DNA of 64,000 bases from an uncultured Marinilabiliaceae bacterium (GTDB lineage Bacteria > Bacteroidota > Bacteroidia > Bacteroidales > VadinHA17). A program made the translations under genes and the position numbers. Below the pieces are notes generated by a model. The model did not search any database. It was not told the origin of the DNA and saw nothing but the letters and a program-made list of their open reading frames with translations. The DNA lies in NCBI GenBank assembly GCA_942491535.1, contig CALOBV010000024.1:67390-131389 (forward strand). The letters are read 5' to 3'. Of the stretch, positions 9,633 to 19,000 are shown in pieces (the stretch's first letter is position 1; every line of letters starts with the position of its first letter).

Positions 9633-11909
9633 CTAATCCTGTCTGAGGTTATCAACCGGATTTGTCATGGCAGCTTTAATCTCTTTAAAGAAAACAGTGA
9701 TAAGAATCAGTACTGTGATCGTAATAAAAGCAAGAAAAAAGGGTAATAACCCTATTGATATTTTAAGAGTAAAACTCTGAAGCCATTTTCTACTTATAAT
9801 ATATGCAATAGGAGAAGCAATTAGAAAAGCTGCAAGCAACATCCATACCACTTCCATGATAGAAATCTGGAGCACCTCTTTGACTGTTGCCCCCATTACC
9901 TTACGTATACTCACCTGCTTTTTTCGTCGTTCTGCCATGTAATTTGCCATTGAATAAGCTCCTATAATTGTCAATATCAAGGCCACAATCCCAACATACA
10001 ATACAATTTTTACCTGGTTCTCTTCTTTTGCATACAGAATCTTCTTTGCTTCATCAAGAGTCCTGAAATTATATTCTGTTTCAGGGTCGTACTCCTTAAG
10101 TTTTTCGGCTACTGATCCTGCAATAACTGAAGGATCACCAACATAATTAATTATCAATTCACAACAGAGATCATAATATTGTGTATAAAAAAAGGGTTCT
10201 CGCTCCCTTTTAGCAATCAGATCCATCCTCCACAACACCTATAATTTCTGATTCTCTTCTTGAAAGCAATACTTTTTCTCCAATAGGATTATCAAAACCA
10301 AGCAACTCCCGTTGAACGATCTATAATTACATTACTGGAATCTCTACCACTAGTTTCTTCAAATGTCTTTCCATAAAGCAGCTCCATACCAAATGTCCTG
10401 AAAAATCCATCTTCAACAAAGTACCCCATTGCTGCAGCCCTTCGTCTTCCCATCAGCTTCAATCCGAAACCACTGTACCTCCAAATTCTGAACCATTGCC
10501 GGATATGGATTTTATCCCGGGTATCTTTTCAAGATCACTAATGTAAGATTGATAATTGAATTCCAGGTCGGGTGGGACTTCAATAACCATCCTATTCTCT
10601 GAAATATACCCTGGGTCCTTATGTGATAAGTATCTGAGCTGGAAGAATAGAATAAAAAGGGTTATCAGAAGACCTGCTGAGATTATATATTGAACCAGGA
10701 CAAGTACCTTCCTGATATTTGAAGAACCTCCACCTATCCTACTTCTGCCACCAATCAAGGTTAATATATCTGGTGACGAATACCTGATTGGGAATACACA
10801 AGCAGTATAGTTGCAATTATTACCAAAAGTACTTGTATCCAATACAGACCAGGTCCATATTGAATTGCCGAAACCTGCAATTCTTGAAATACCTTTAGGA
10901 ATAACTGTGATAAAATAAGCCCAATAAAAACGGCAATAAATGACATGAGCATGGAATTTGTTATCATATTCCTTATCAGGAATCCTTTGGATGCTCCCAT
11001 TACTTTTCGTATCCCTATTTCGTGGGTCCGTAGTTCACTCCATGCGGCATGGGAATTTATGAAGTTTATTATTGAAACCAGCAGAACAAGAACTGAGACA
11101 GAAATAAACAGTATAAAGTTCTTTGATGTACTACTATTATACAGAGTCTTTCCGCATAGAGTACTCAGACTAACCTTATATTGATCTTTGCCTTTAACAT
11201 TGTAGGTTTCATAAAAACTATTAATTTGTTCGGATATAACAGATAAATCATCATAAACAACTGGCGCGAGGATATAAGTCTCAACACTCACGAAATTATG
11301 GTCCTGAAGTGCTTTAAGCGTGTTGGATATCGGTAACAAATATTCAAATACAATATTTGTATTTCCCGGAGGATTCTCAATTACACCTCCTATAGTGAAA
11401 ACATCATCTTCAATTAGCATTGTCTTACCCAGGCAGTTAATATCACCGTAAAACATTTCGGCAAGATCTTGTGAGAGAATAACCTTTTCCGGGTCGCTCA
11501 ACACAGAGCCGTCTCCATGTAACATTCTAAAGTCAAACAATGAAAAGAACTCACTATCGACACTCAGTCCTATATGCCCTTTGAACTTATCCTGATTAAT
11601 AGTGATTGGTCTGTTGCATGGATAAATTCTGCATGACTTCTCAATCTGAGGAATATGAAGATCGATATAATCTTTTAAATCATGATGAGTATTGCTCATA
11701 GAAACAACGTTACCAGGTTCAACCTCCATCAGAGTGGAGGCAAGGTATATCCTGTCTGATTTCTTATGAAATTGATCATAGGATGACTCAAATACAATGT
11801 ACGTAACCGATAAAACAGTAACCATCATACCAATTGATAATCCGGCAAGGGCCATCAGGTTTCCTTTGAGGAACCCAACGAAACTTCTTATAAGTGTTTT
11901 TAATAACAT
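9633..11909 (-). pseudogene. FtsX/MacB_PCD-type ABC transporter permease, broken by at least four frameshifts
   Basis: Three track ORFs (10761-11936, 10459-10842, 9633-10238), plus unlisted frames between 10238 and 10465, read as one two-FtsX-domain permease. The pieces run IRKVMGASKGFLIRN, then RKVLVLVQYIIS, then MGYFVEDGFFRTFGMELLYGK, then LGFDNPIGEKV..IIGVVED, then SIRKVMGATVKEVL. Frame changes fall near 10800, 10465, 10310 and 10235. The likely true start is MLLKTLIRS at 11909. Confidence 0.8.
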
Positions 11910-12368
11910 TGAGAAAAATATGTGATACGAAAACATCTCATTACAAAGCCAGATCCATGCCAGTATTATCTACAGCTGCTTTCTCGTAAGTAATTTAGGA
12001 ATGAAAACCATCTTTCCTGTGAATCCGATTAAACCTCCAGAACCAATTGTATTCTATGAGCTAATATTTTGGCAAACCTTGGCATTTCGTAAAATTTGAT
12101 TGCTTATTCAAAGTACTAATCCAAGAACTTCCTTATTGTTAACTTAGGTTAACGGATAGTTAATGATAATGGTGAGTAAGAATGATATCAAACAGTTTAT
12201 CATCTCAGATAAATGATGCTATGGATCGATACTTATAAATATTCTTGATTGAATCTCTTCCGAAAAACTCGTTTTTGAGAAAGTCCTCCTTCGCTATCAA
12301 CTTTGCTGAAGCTTCGTTAATCAGGGAAAGGTTCTGAGGATAGAAGATAAGTGCAACCCCTGTCTTTA

Positions 12369-12710
12369 CTAATTATTCTCTAGTTTACGGATTAGAGCAA
12401 AAAGCATTTTTGATATCTCCTCCAGACTTCATAATAACTAGTGAATGTAGCCTTGTCAATTTCAGATACTTCATAGAGATATTCGAGAATAGCTGCACAT
12501 TCAAATGCCTTCCCCCGCAATAACCATGAAATTCTTTCTATCCTTTGCTGAACCTGAAGATCCTTCTGCAATATTTAACATAATCTGAATGATGCTCGTC
12601 AATTGATCATGGGTAGTCCTTCAAAATTACCTGAAGAGATAGCTTTGGTTATCAAAACGCAAAATACTTTTGCCTTTTGATAGACATCAAGTTTTTGAAA
12701 GTCAAACATA
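12369..12710 (-). pseudogene. Four-helix-bundle protein (23S rRNA intervening-sequence/PF05635-like), three frameshifts
   Basis: Hand translation gives MFDFQKLDVYQKAKVF...stop. The other frames give QLTSIIQIMLNIAEGSSGSAKDRKNF, then AFECAAILEYLYEVSEIDKATF, then EISKMLFALIRKLENN-stop. Together they reproduce the family layout across four frames. No ORF of 60 aa or more is listed here. Confidence 0.75.
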
Positions 12711-12752
12711 ACAACAGCTTTAGCGAGACAAAGTTAAGTTACGAGAAAAATG

Positions 12753-12833
12753 AAAAATAGTGTGAGTGTCAGAGTGAGTTTTGAGAAATCAGAGTAAGTA
12801 TCGCTCTCGCTCTCACTCTCACTCTGATTTCAG
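12753..12833 (-). repeat. Family-A terminator cassette, copy A3, directly abutting the tRNA-Leu 3' end
   Basis: On the minus strand, directly after the tRNA discriminator base, the sequence reads CTGAAATCAGAGTGAGAGTGAGAGCGAGAGCGATACTTACTCTGATTTCTCAAAAC. The 10-bp stem is AAATCAGAGT/ACTCTGATTT. Confidence 0.7.
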
Positions 12834-12917
12834 TACCCGGAGGGGGACTTGAACCCCCACGGCCGCGAGGCCATTGGATTTTAAGTCCAACGTGTCTACC
12901 AATTCCACCATCCGGGC
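12834..12917 (-). tRNA. tRNA-Leu: tRNA-Leu (anticodon TAA), class II with long variable arm
   Basis: The minus strand folds by hand into a cloverleaf of 84 nt. The parts are GCCCGGA-TG-GTGGAATTGGTAGACAC-G-TTGGA-CTTAAAA-TCCAA-TGGCCTCGCGGCCGT-GGGGG-TTCAAGT-CCCCC-TCCGGGT-A. The first acceptor pair is G1-U72. No CCA is encoded. Confidence 0.9.
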
Positions 12918-13114
12918 ATTATGGTCTATTGGTTTTATCTATATATTATCTTTCTCTTACTTAAAGAACTCTGTCTCTACAGGGATGGTGGAATTGGCAA
13001 CCCTCTTCCTGGCTCCTCCCTAAATTAGCCCACCGGGCTAATTCTTTACGGTCGGCCCTACCATCCGGGCATTATGGTCTATTGGTTTTATCTATAATTA
13101 TCTTTCTCTTACTT
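12907..13114. repeat. Direct duplication (about 55 bp, 12907-12962 and 13060-13114) of the tRNA-Leu 5' end plus upstream flank, separated by a 97-bp insert
   Basis: Both copies read ACCATCCGGGCATTATGGTCTATTGGTTTTATCTATA(T)ATTATCTTTCTCTTACTT, with one indel between them. The insert carries an inverted 15-nt tRNA fragment (12983-12997) and a perfect 9-bp hairpin AATTAGCCC-ACC-GGGCTAATT (13023-13043). Confidence 0.85.
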
Positions 13115-13222
13115 GACATGCGAAAGATGAAATATTTCGAATATCGCATTTCGCAATTCATCATTCCATTTAGCGGTGCAAAAATAGCAAAATATTTATT
13201 ACTCAGAAAAGAGTATGAGTTA

Positions 13223-14107
13223 TTATTCGGTGAGTGCTTTCAGGAAATCTTCAACATCGCCCGGACTGCTCATAATCTTTGTAAAGGTTGTCATCTTTAG
13301 TTCCGGCCAGTGAAGTGCAAACCTGTACCTTCCATGGAGCATTATGGCTCTATTCTCGATCAGTAAAATCTCATAGGGCATGGCAGCAACATTATCTTCC
13401 CCAATTATAGGTAGGAAATGCGACTCTCCCTTCCCCTGGTCGTACATACCAACACCAATAATTGCGATATTTTTACCTGGAATCTTCAGCTCGAATACCT
13501 TCTCACACCTGCTTTTTTTCTCTTCAAGATTCTTTTGGATTACTTCAAGTCCTTTATCGAAAGTAGTAAATGTATTTAATTCAACAGGCTTATCAAATGT
13601 AGGCATAGCAGGCATATACCTGTATTTCTTAAGATCCTTTGGTGAAAGATCTCCTCCAAAACCAAGAGGGGTAGTTCCGTCAAAGGTCATGGCACCCAAT
13701 ACTTTCTTTGATAATTCTTCCACTCCTGCCCTTACCCTTTCTACATCCATAGCAGTCCTTAAATAAGCATAAAACAGATATTCCGGATTAATAACAGATA
13801 CTGTTACCTTACCATCATAGTGAGTTATTCCAACTTTCATAACCGAGGCCAGCAGGCCCTGATCAAGTCCTTCTGATGCTAAATCAATTAGCTCATCACT
13901 TGTAAAAGCCAGTACATATAAATGGTCCGTATCGCCTGGATAATATTCACCCAGAATATTAAATTCGCCTTCACTTAGTTTGGCCCTTACAATTTCTGCC
14001 ATCTCACCGATAGTACCACTTCTTACTTCCATCTTATAATATGGAGGAATAGCAGATGCAGATACGGCAAAAGCAACAAATAGTGCAAACAATAATAATC
14101 TTTTCAT
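13223..14107 (-). CDS. Secreted protein of unknown function (N-terminal part faintly DUF302-like)
   Basis: The likely start is MKRLLLFALFVAFAVSASA at 14107, a clear signal peptide. The track start at 14131 looks over-extended. I recognise no catalytic motif. Confidence 0.6.
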   Translation of the reverse strand: MKRLLLFALFVAFAVSASAIPPYYKMEVRSGTIGEMAEIVRAKLSEGEFNILGEYYPGDTDHLYVLAFTSDELIDLASEGLDQGLLASVMKVGITHYDGKVTVSVINPEYLFYAYLRTAMDVERVRAGVEELSKKVLGAMTFDGTTPLGFGGDLSPKDLKKYRYMPAMPTFDKPVELNTFTTFDKGLEVIQKNLEEKKSRCEKVFELKIPGKNIAIIGVGMYDQGKGESHFLPIIGEDNVAAMPYEILLIENRAIMLHGRYRFALHWPELKMTTFTKIMSSPGDVEDFLKALTE

Positions 14108-14194
14108 TATTCTAAATTTTAATAAACGCAAATATAGCTATTTGAATTGAGGCAGATAAGAAGGTGATAAATATTAGCAGAAGTAGGGGGAAAA

Positions 14195-14235
14195 GGTTAT
14201 TAGTTAGTTGATTCGCTGCGAGAATCGTTAATGGT
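14195..14235. repeat. 40-bp hairpin module shared with 40862-40900
   Basis: GGTTATTAGTTAGTTGATTCGCTGCGAGAATCGTTAATGGT here aligns with GGTTATTAGTTATTTGTTCGCTGCGCGAACGTTAATGGT at 40862. Only a few mismatches or indels separate them by eye. Each has an internal GC hairpin. Confidence 0.7.
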
Positions 14236-14311
14236 CTCGCTTCGCTCGACGTTACTGGAAAAGCAAAGAGCATGGAGAGAAGGGAGGAATTGATCCCGAG
14301 TACTCGGGACC

Positions 14312-14524
14312 GGATCCTGGCCTCCCGGCGGGTAGCTATCAACAGTTAGAAGCCACATGTGGCAAGGAATTGCCTCCTTGCAGTCGGCGGATCCCTCTCC
14401 CCGGTCGGAATTGCCCCGATTTCTCGGGGCGGATCCTTCTCCCCAGTCGGAATTGCCCCGATTTCTCGGGGCGGATCCTGGCCTCCCGGCGGGTAGCTAT
14501 CAACAGTTAGAAGCCACATGTGGC
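14312..14524. repeat. Composite repeat block: a 52-bp direct repeat (14312-14363 and 14473-14524) bracketing two tandem 42-bp units (14389-14430, 14431-14472)
   Basis: Every unit starts with GGATCC. The long repeat reads GGATCCTGGCCTCCCGGCGGGTAGCTATCAACAGTTAGAAGCCACATGTGGC. The tandem unit reads GGATCC(C/T)TCTCCCC(G/A)GTCGGAATTGCCCCGATTTCTCGGGGC and contains the hairpin GCCCCGA-TTTC-TCGGGGC. Confidence 0.85.
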
Positions 14525-14582
14525 TATTTTTGTATTTAGCATACTCCTTACATGAGCAAGCTCCTGACGGAGCCTGCTAAAT

Positions 14583-14609
14583 ACAAAAAGGCAGCGATAA
14601 CTCGCTGCC
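14583..14609 (-). terminator. Intrinsic terminator of tRNA-Gly
   Basis: An 8-bp stem GGCAGCGA/TCGCTGCC (14590-14609) is followed on the minus strand by TTTTTGTAT. Confidence 0.7.
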
Positions 14610-14621
14610 TTCTAACTGTTG

Positions 14622-14694
<73 letters not shown>

Positions 14695-14706
14695 CTTTTG
14701 TGCTTG

Positions 14707-14714
14707 CAAAAATA
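14707..14714 (-). promoter_or_regulatory. Candidate -7 box (TATTTTTG) for tRNA-Gly
   Basis: It matches the TAnnTTTG consensus and lies 12 nt upstream of the tRNA 5' end. Confidence 0.55.
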
Positions 14715-14751
14715 GCACTTTTTTATACACTTCAAAAAAATATCTTACTCT

Positions 14752-16035
14752 TTAATCTTCGTTATTCACTGAATTGATAAATCCGCCTGTTATCCTAGAC
14801 AGAGCGGCCTGGGATGATCTCAGGTTATAAATAGCCTGGACCTCCTGGTAAGCTGCATTAAGATAAATCAATTGTATATCGCGGTAATTAAATGAATTTA
14901 TGACACCTGACCTGTACTTTTCGTCTGCAATTTGAAGGTTGAGCTCGGCTGCTTCAATATTCTCTCGCGATATTGCAAGAAGCTCTCTCCTGACATTATA
15001 GAGATCGTATATACTCAGCAACTGGTTATTAAGACTCCTGGTAAGCTCCTCCTGTTCAAGTCCGACAATATCCTCTTCTATCCTTGCAATTTCAAGTGAT
15101 CTCTTGCGCTGTCCGGCTCTATAGATATCGTAAGATAGAGTAGCGTTTGCATAGGCTGAAAAAGAACTCCCCTGCGAAGCTGCCGGTCGGAAAGTATTTG
15201 AATTATCTACTCCTGCCGATAAGCTGACAGATGGATAGTAGTCGCTCTGTGAAAGCTCGGCACTATTCCTGGCAAGAAGAACATTAATATACTGGTTTAA
15301 CAGGCTTACGTTTCCTGAGGTCATCTTATCGATCAGGTCAGAAAGAACATAGTTTGCTGTATCTGCCTCAAAGGGCTCGATAAATTGCCAGGTTACGTGA
15401 CTTTCCAATCCCATAAGGAAGTCCAGATTCCTGACTGAGTTCCTGTAGGTAACCTCCTGGTTAAGATATGCCGCCTTATCACTCAGGTAATTATTCTTTG
15501 CGGTAAGCACATTGAAAGTACCGGAGTTTCCATACTCTTTTCGTGCCTCCTCGTAGTTGTACCTGTCTTCAGAAAGCTTCATCACTTTCTCCAGTATAGT
15601 GAGTCTTTTCTCATTTAGAAGTACCTGGTAATAGGCCAGTATAACATCTTCAATCGTATTTTCAACAACAATATCTGCTCTGCCGGCAGCAAGATTTTCA
15701 AGCTGTCCGAGTTTGTCTTTTGTCAGATTTACCCTGAACCCGTCAAAAATAGTCCATGTTAATCCCAGGCCCGCATTCAGCCTGCTGGAAAAGACATTAT
15801 CATCAAGATCCTGGCTGTTGAGAGAAGACACATCAAACCCTACCACAGGATAGCGACCTGCATTACCCCAATCGTTATTAATACCTGCAATCCTGGTATC
15901 TGCCCTGCTGATAAGAATCCCATAGTTATTTTCGAGAGCCCTGCTCAGAGCATCGGAAAGGGAAAGTGTATTGTCCTGTGCAATAACAATTGCACCAAGA
16001 ACAAAAATGATTAATGATATATATAGTTTTTTCAT
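14752..16035 (-). CDS. TolC-family outer membrane efflux protein
   Basis: About 427 aa from MKKLYISLIIFVLGAIVIAQ. The two-repeat TolC architecture is present. It is the last gene of the adaptor-RND-TolC operon. Its ATG at 16033-16035 lies 1 nt after the RND stop codon. Confidence 0.85.
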   Translation of the reverse strand: MKKLYISLIIFVLGAIVIAQDNTLSLSDALSRALENNYGILISRADTRIAGINNDWGNAGRYPVVGFDVSSLNSQDLDDNVFSSRLNAGLGLTWTIFDGFRVNLTKDKLGQLENLAAGRADIVVENTIEDVILAYYQVLLNEKRLTILEKVMKLSEDRYNYEEARKEYGNSGTFNVLTAKNNYLSDKAAYLNQEVTYRNSVRNLDFLMGLESHVTWQFIEPFEADTANYVLSDLIDKMTSGNVSLLNQYINVLLARNSAELSQSDYYPSVSLSAGVDNSNTFRPAASQGSSFSAYANATLSYDIYRAGQRKRSLEIARIEEDIVGLEQEELTRSLNNQLLSIYDLYNVRRELLAISRENIEAAELNLQIADEKYRSGVINSFNYRDIQLIYLNAAYQEVQAIYNLRSSQAALSRITGGFINSVNNED

Positions 16036-16036
16036 C

Positions 16037-19000
16037 CTAATTGGAGTTATTAATTGCTGTATCAAGCTCATTGTCACCGTTCATCTCAAATTCGAGTCGC
16101 CTTCTGCGTTGTATAAGAGCTGATTCAACTTCTTCTCTTTCCGGCTTAACCCCTGTCCATAGATACTTTAGCCATACTTTTATATCGCTTATCAGCATAA
16201 TTAGTACAGGGAAGAAGATCAATATAAAAACTGTTCCAATGGCAACTCCATATGCAAGGCTGATAGCCATGGGAATTAAAAATTGTGCCTGCATGCTATT
16301 CTCAAGGATCATAGGAAAAAGCCCGACAGTAGTAGTAACTGTTGTTAGCAATATTGGTCGAAGCCTGGATTTTCCTGCACCCAAAATTGCATCCTTCACT
16401 TTCTCTCCATCCAGCAACAGTCCATCATATTTTGCAAGGAAGACTATAGCATCATTTATTATAACACCCGTAAGAGCGATAATACCCCAGAGGCTCATAA
16501 TAGATAGAGGTTGTCCGTGTATTCCGTGTCCCCAGAAAACTCCCAGCATTGATAGCGGGATCATAAAGATTATAATAGCCACCTTGGGCAGGCTCCTGAA
16601 GTGAATTAACATAAGGAATATTATAACAAGGAAGGCCATGCTAAAATAGTAGGTAGCCTTTGTAACGGCCTCGTTACTGCTCTTGCGTTGACCCTGGAAC
16701 ATATACCTTACTCCTGTATATTGGGCCAGCAGATCAGGTAGTATCTCAGTTTCAATTTGATTCAGAATCTCCGGAACAGGGGCGTAAGGATCGACCGTTT
16801 CGGCTTCAACCCTTATCTCCCTGGAGCCATTAAATCTTATTATTGAAACTGGTCCTCTCTCAAGGTGATAATCAGCAAGCTCGATCAATGGATATTCTCC
16901 TGACGATGTCTTAATCTTCATATTCTCCATCTGACCCAGGGTGAGCCTGTCTGACTTAGGATACCTGACCCAGATACGTAACTCGTCACGACCCTCCTGT
17001 AATCGTTGTGCCTGTCCTCCATAGAAACCCTGTCGGACCTGCTGTGCTATTGATGTTTCATCAAGGCCCAGGTAGTAAGCCTTTGGTTTCAAATCAAGTC
17101 TTACCTCTTGCTTTCCAAGAGCTATATTCTCATTTATATCTTTTAACTGAGGAAGCTCTTCGAGCCTCTCCAGGAGGTAATCTTTTGCCTGTTCAAGCTC
17201 ACCAAGGTTTTTTGACATAAGCCCAACTGAGATAGGGGCCCCCCACCTGTTGCGACCGCCAACTGTATATTTCCTGGCTTCGGGGATAGGTCCAATCTTA
17301 GACCTGATACGATTAGATATATCAAAACCGGTAACTTCCAGCCCTTCGAGGTTCCTTGGATATATATCAATACTTCCGGAATGGGAGCCCGACTCCTGTA
17401 TGCTTCTTGCTGATCCGATATTTTTATTTACTGTCTCGATAAGATCGGAATCCAGACCCAGCTCTTCAGTCATCTCTTCATTTACCTCCCATACAACTTT
17501 TTCGATTCTATCAAGCACTTTTCTTGTCTGCTCCACTCCATCACCCGGTGTAAAAGCAACATTCACAGAAAAGTTATCGAAATCGACAGTTGGAAAGAAA
17601 GTATTTTTTATATGACCTCCGGCAAACAAGCCTGCAGTAATAAGAAACAGGGCTATAGGGATACCTATTACTGCATGCCTCCATTTAACTAACCATAGCA
17701 ATGCATAATGATATATGTCGTCTCTGAGCCAATCGAGAAATCTCTCAAAATATTTTTTTATTCCTCTCCTCTTCCTTGGTTCGGCATATCTTTTCAAAAC
17801 CTCCTTTTTACCTAGATGAGCGGGCAGAATAAAAAATGCTTCAATAAGTGAAAATATGAGAACCAGTATTACCACTATACCGAGTTGTGTCATCATCTCC
17901 ATATTTGTCCCCTTAAGGAAAAGCAAGGGACTAAAGGCAACTATTGTAGTTGCAACTGAAGTTAAAACTGCAGGCGCAACTTCCATTGTACCTTTAACAG
18001 CAGCTTTCATCGGAGAAAGACCCTTTTCAAAGCTGGAATAAATATTTTCTGCTATAACAATACCATCATCAACAAGAATCCCGATCACAAGTAACATGCC
18101 CATTAGCGACATCATGTTAATTGTTACACCAATCAGATTTGCAACAATAAACATCCCCAGGAAACTGAAGGGAATTCCAAATGAAACCCAGGCAGATACT
18201 TTCCAATTCAAAAAGAGAGTAAGAGAAACAATTACAAGAAAGAGACCAAGCAAACCATTACTTGTAAGAAGTTCGAGCCTGCTTTTCAGGATATCAAAGA
18301 ATGACCTTGATACTATCAATTCAACTCCCAGGTCGCGGGCATTAAACTCTTCGATATACTCCAGTGCGTATTCTGTAATCTCCTGTAGGTCTTCTTCGGG
18401 AAGCTTCTCAATCCTTATTGAAGCAGCTTTACGACCATTGATATACGACTCATTGGGAACATCAGCAAATTTCTTTTTTACCTCACCTACATCCTTAATC
18501 CTGAGGAAACTACCGTCTGTCTTAGCTCCGATAATTATATTTGACAGCTTTTCGGTACTGGTACTCCTTGACCTTAGCCTGATAAGCAATTCCTCCTCCT
18601 CAGATTTTATTTCACCACCGGAAACATCCTGGTTATTGCTTTGTATTGCACGTATAATCTGGTCGAAGGAAAGATTATAGCGAAGCAGCTCATCCTCCTT
18701 TATTTCGATCGATATCTCCGGTTGTGGAAATCCCGAAAGTGTAACCTGGCTCATTACACCTGAATTGAGAAAATCTTCCTCAACCAGCTGTGCATAGTTT
18801 TTCAGTGCCATCAGGCTTATCTCGTGTCCCTCTGATGCAGCAAGAGTCATAAACATTGCAAATGCTCTGGATCTCTGCTTGGATACTATTGGTCTTTCGG
18901 CCGCTGACGGAAGGGATGAAATACCATCCACAGCATTCTTAACTTCAAAAAGCACTTCATCTATCGGATACTCACCTGTTGTCTCAACAGATACTGTAGA

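Noticed and set aside
12753-13114. Integrative element or prophage inserted at tRNA-Leu (shared tRNA 3'-end string in repeats A1/A2 and a duplication at the tRNA 5' side)
   Set aside because: No integrase, excisionase, transposase or phage gene is present anywhere in the window. The shared tRNA-derived string is only 8 nt. The segments between the repeats carry ordinary chromosomal genes. The observation is kept as a repeat finding, not called as a mobile element.
14389-14472. Possible CRISPR array (tandem 42-bp units with internal palindromes)
   Set aside because: There are only two directly abutting units with no unique spacers between them. No cas genes are present in the window. The units are part of a larger nested direct repeat.
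16041-18680. Long antisense ORFs inside large genes (for example 16041-16604, 17250-17615, 18096-18680, 35209-35595, 51528-52010, 13380-13766, 28496-28744)
   Set aside because: These are shadow ORFs opposite well-supported genes (RND pump, TolC, adhesin, methyltransferase). Their S/P/L/I-rich low-complexity translations have no motifs.
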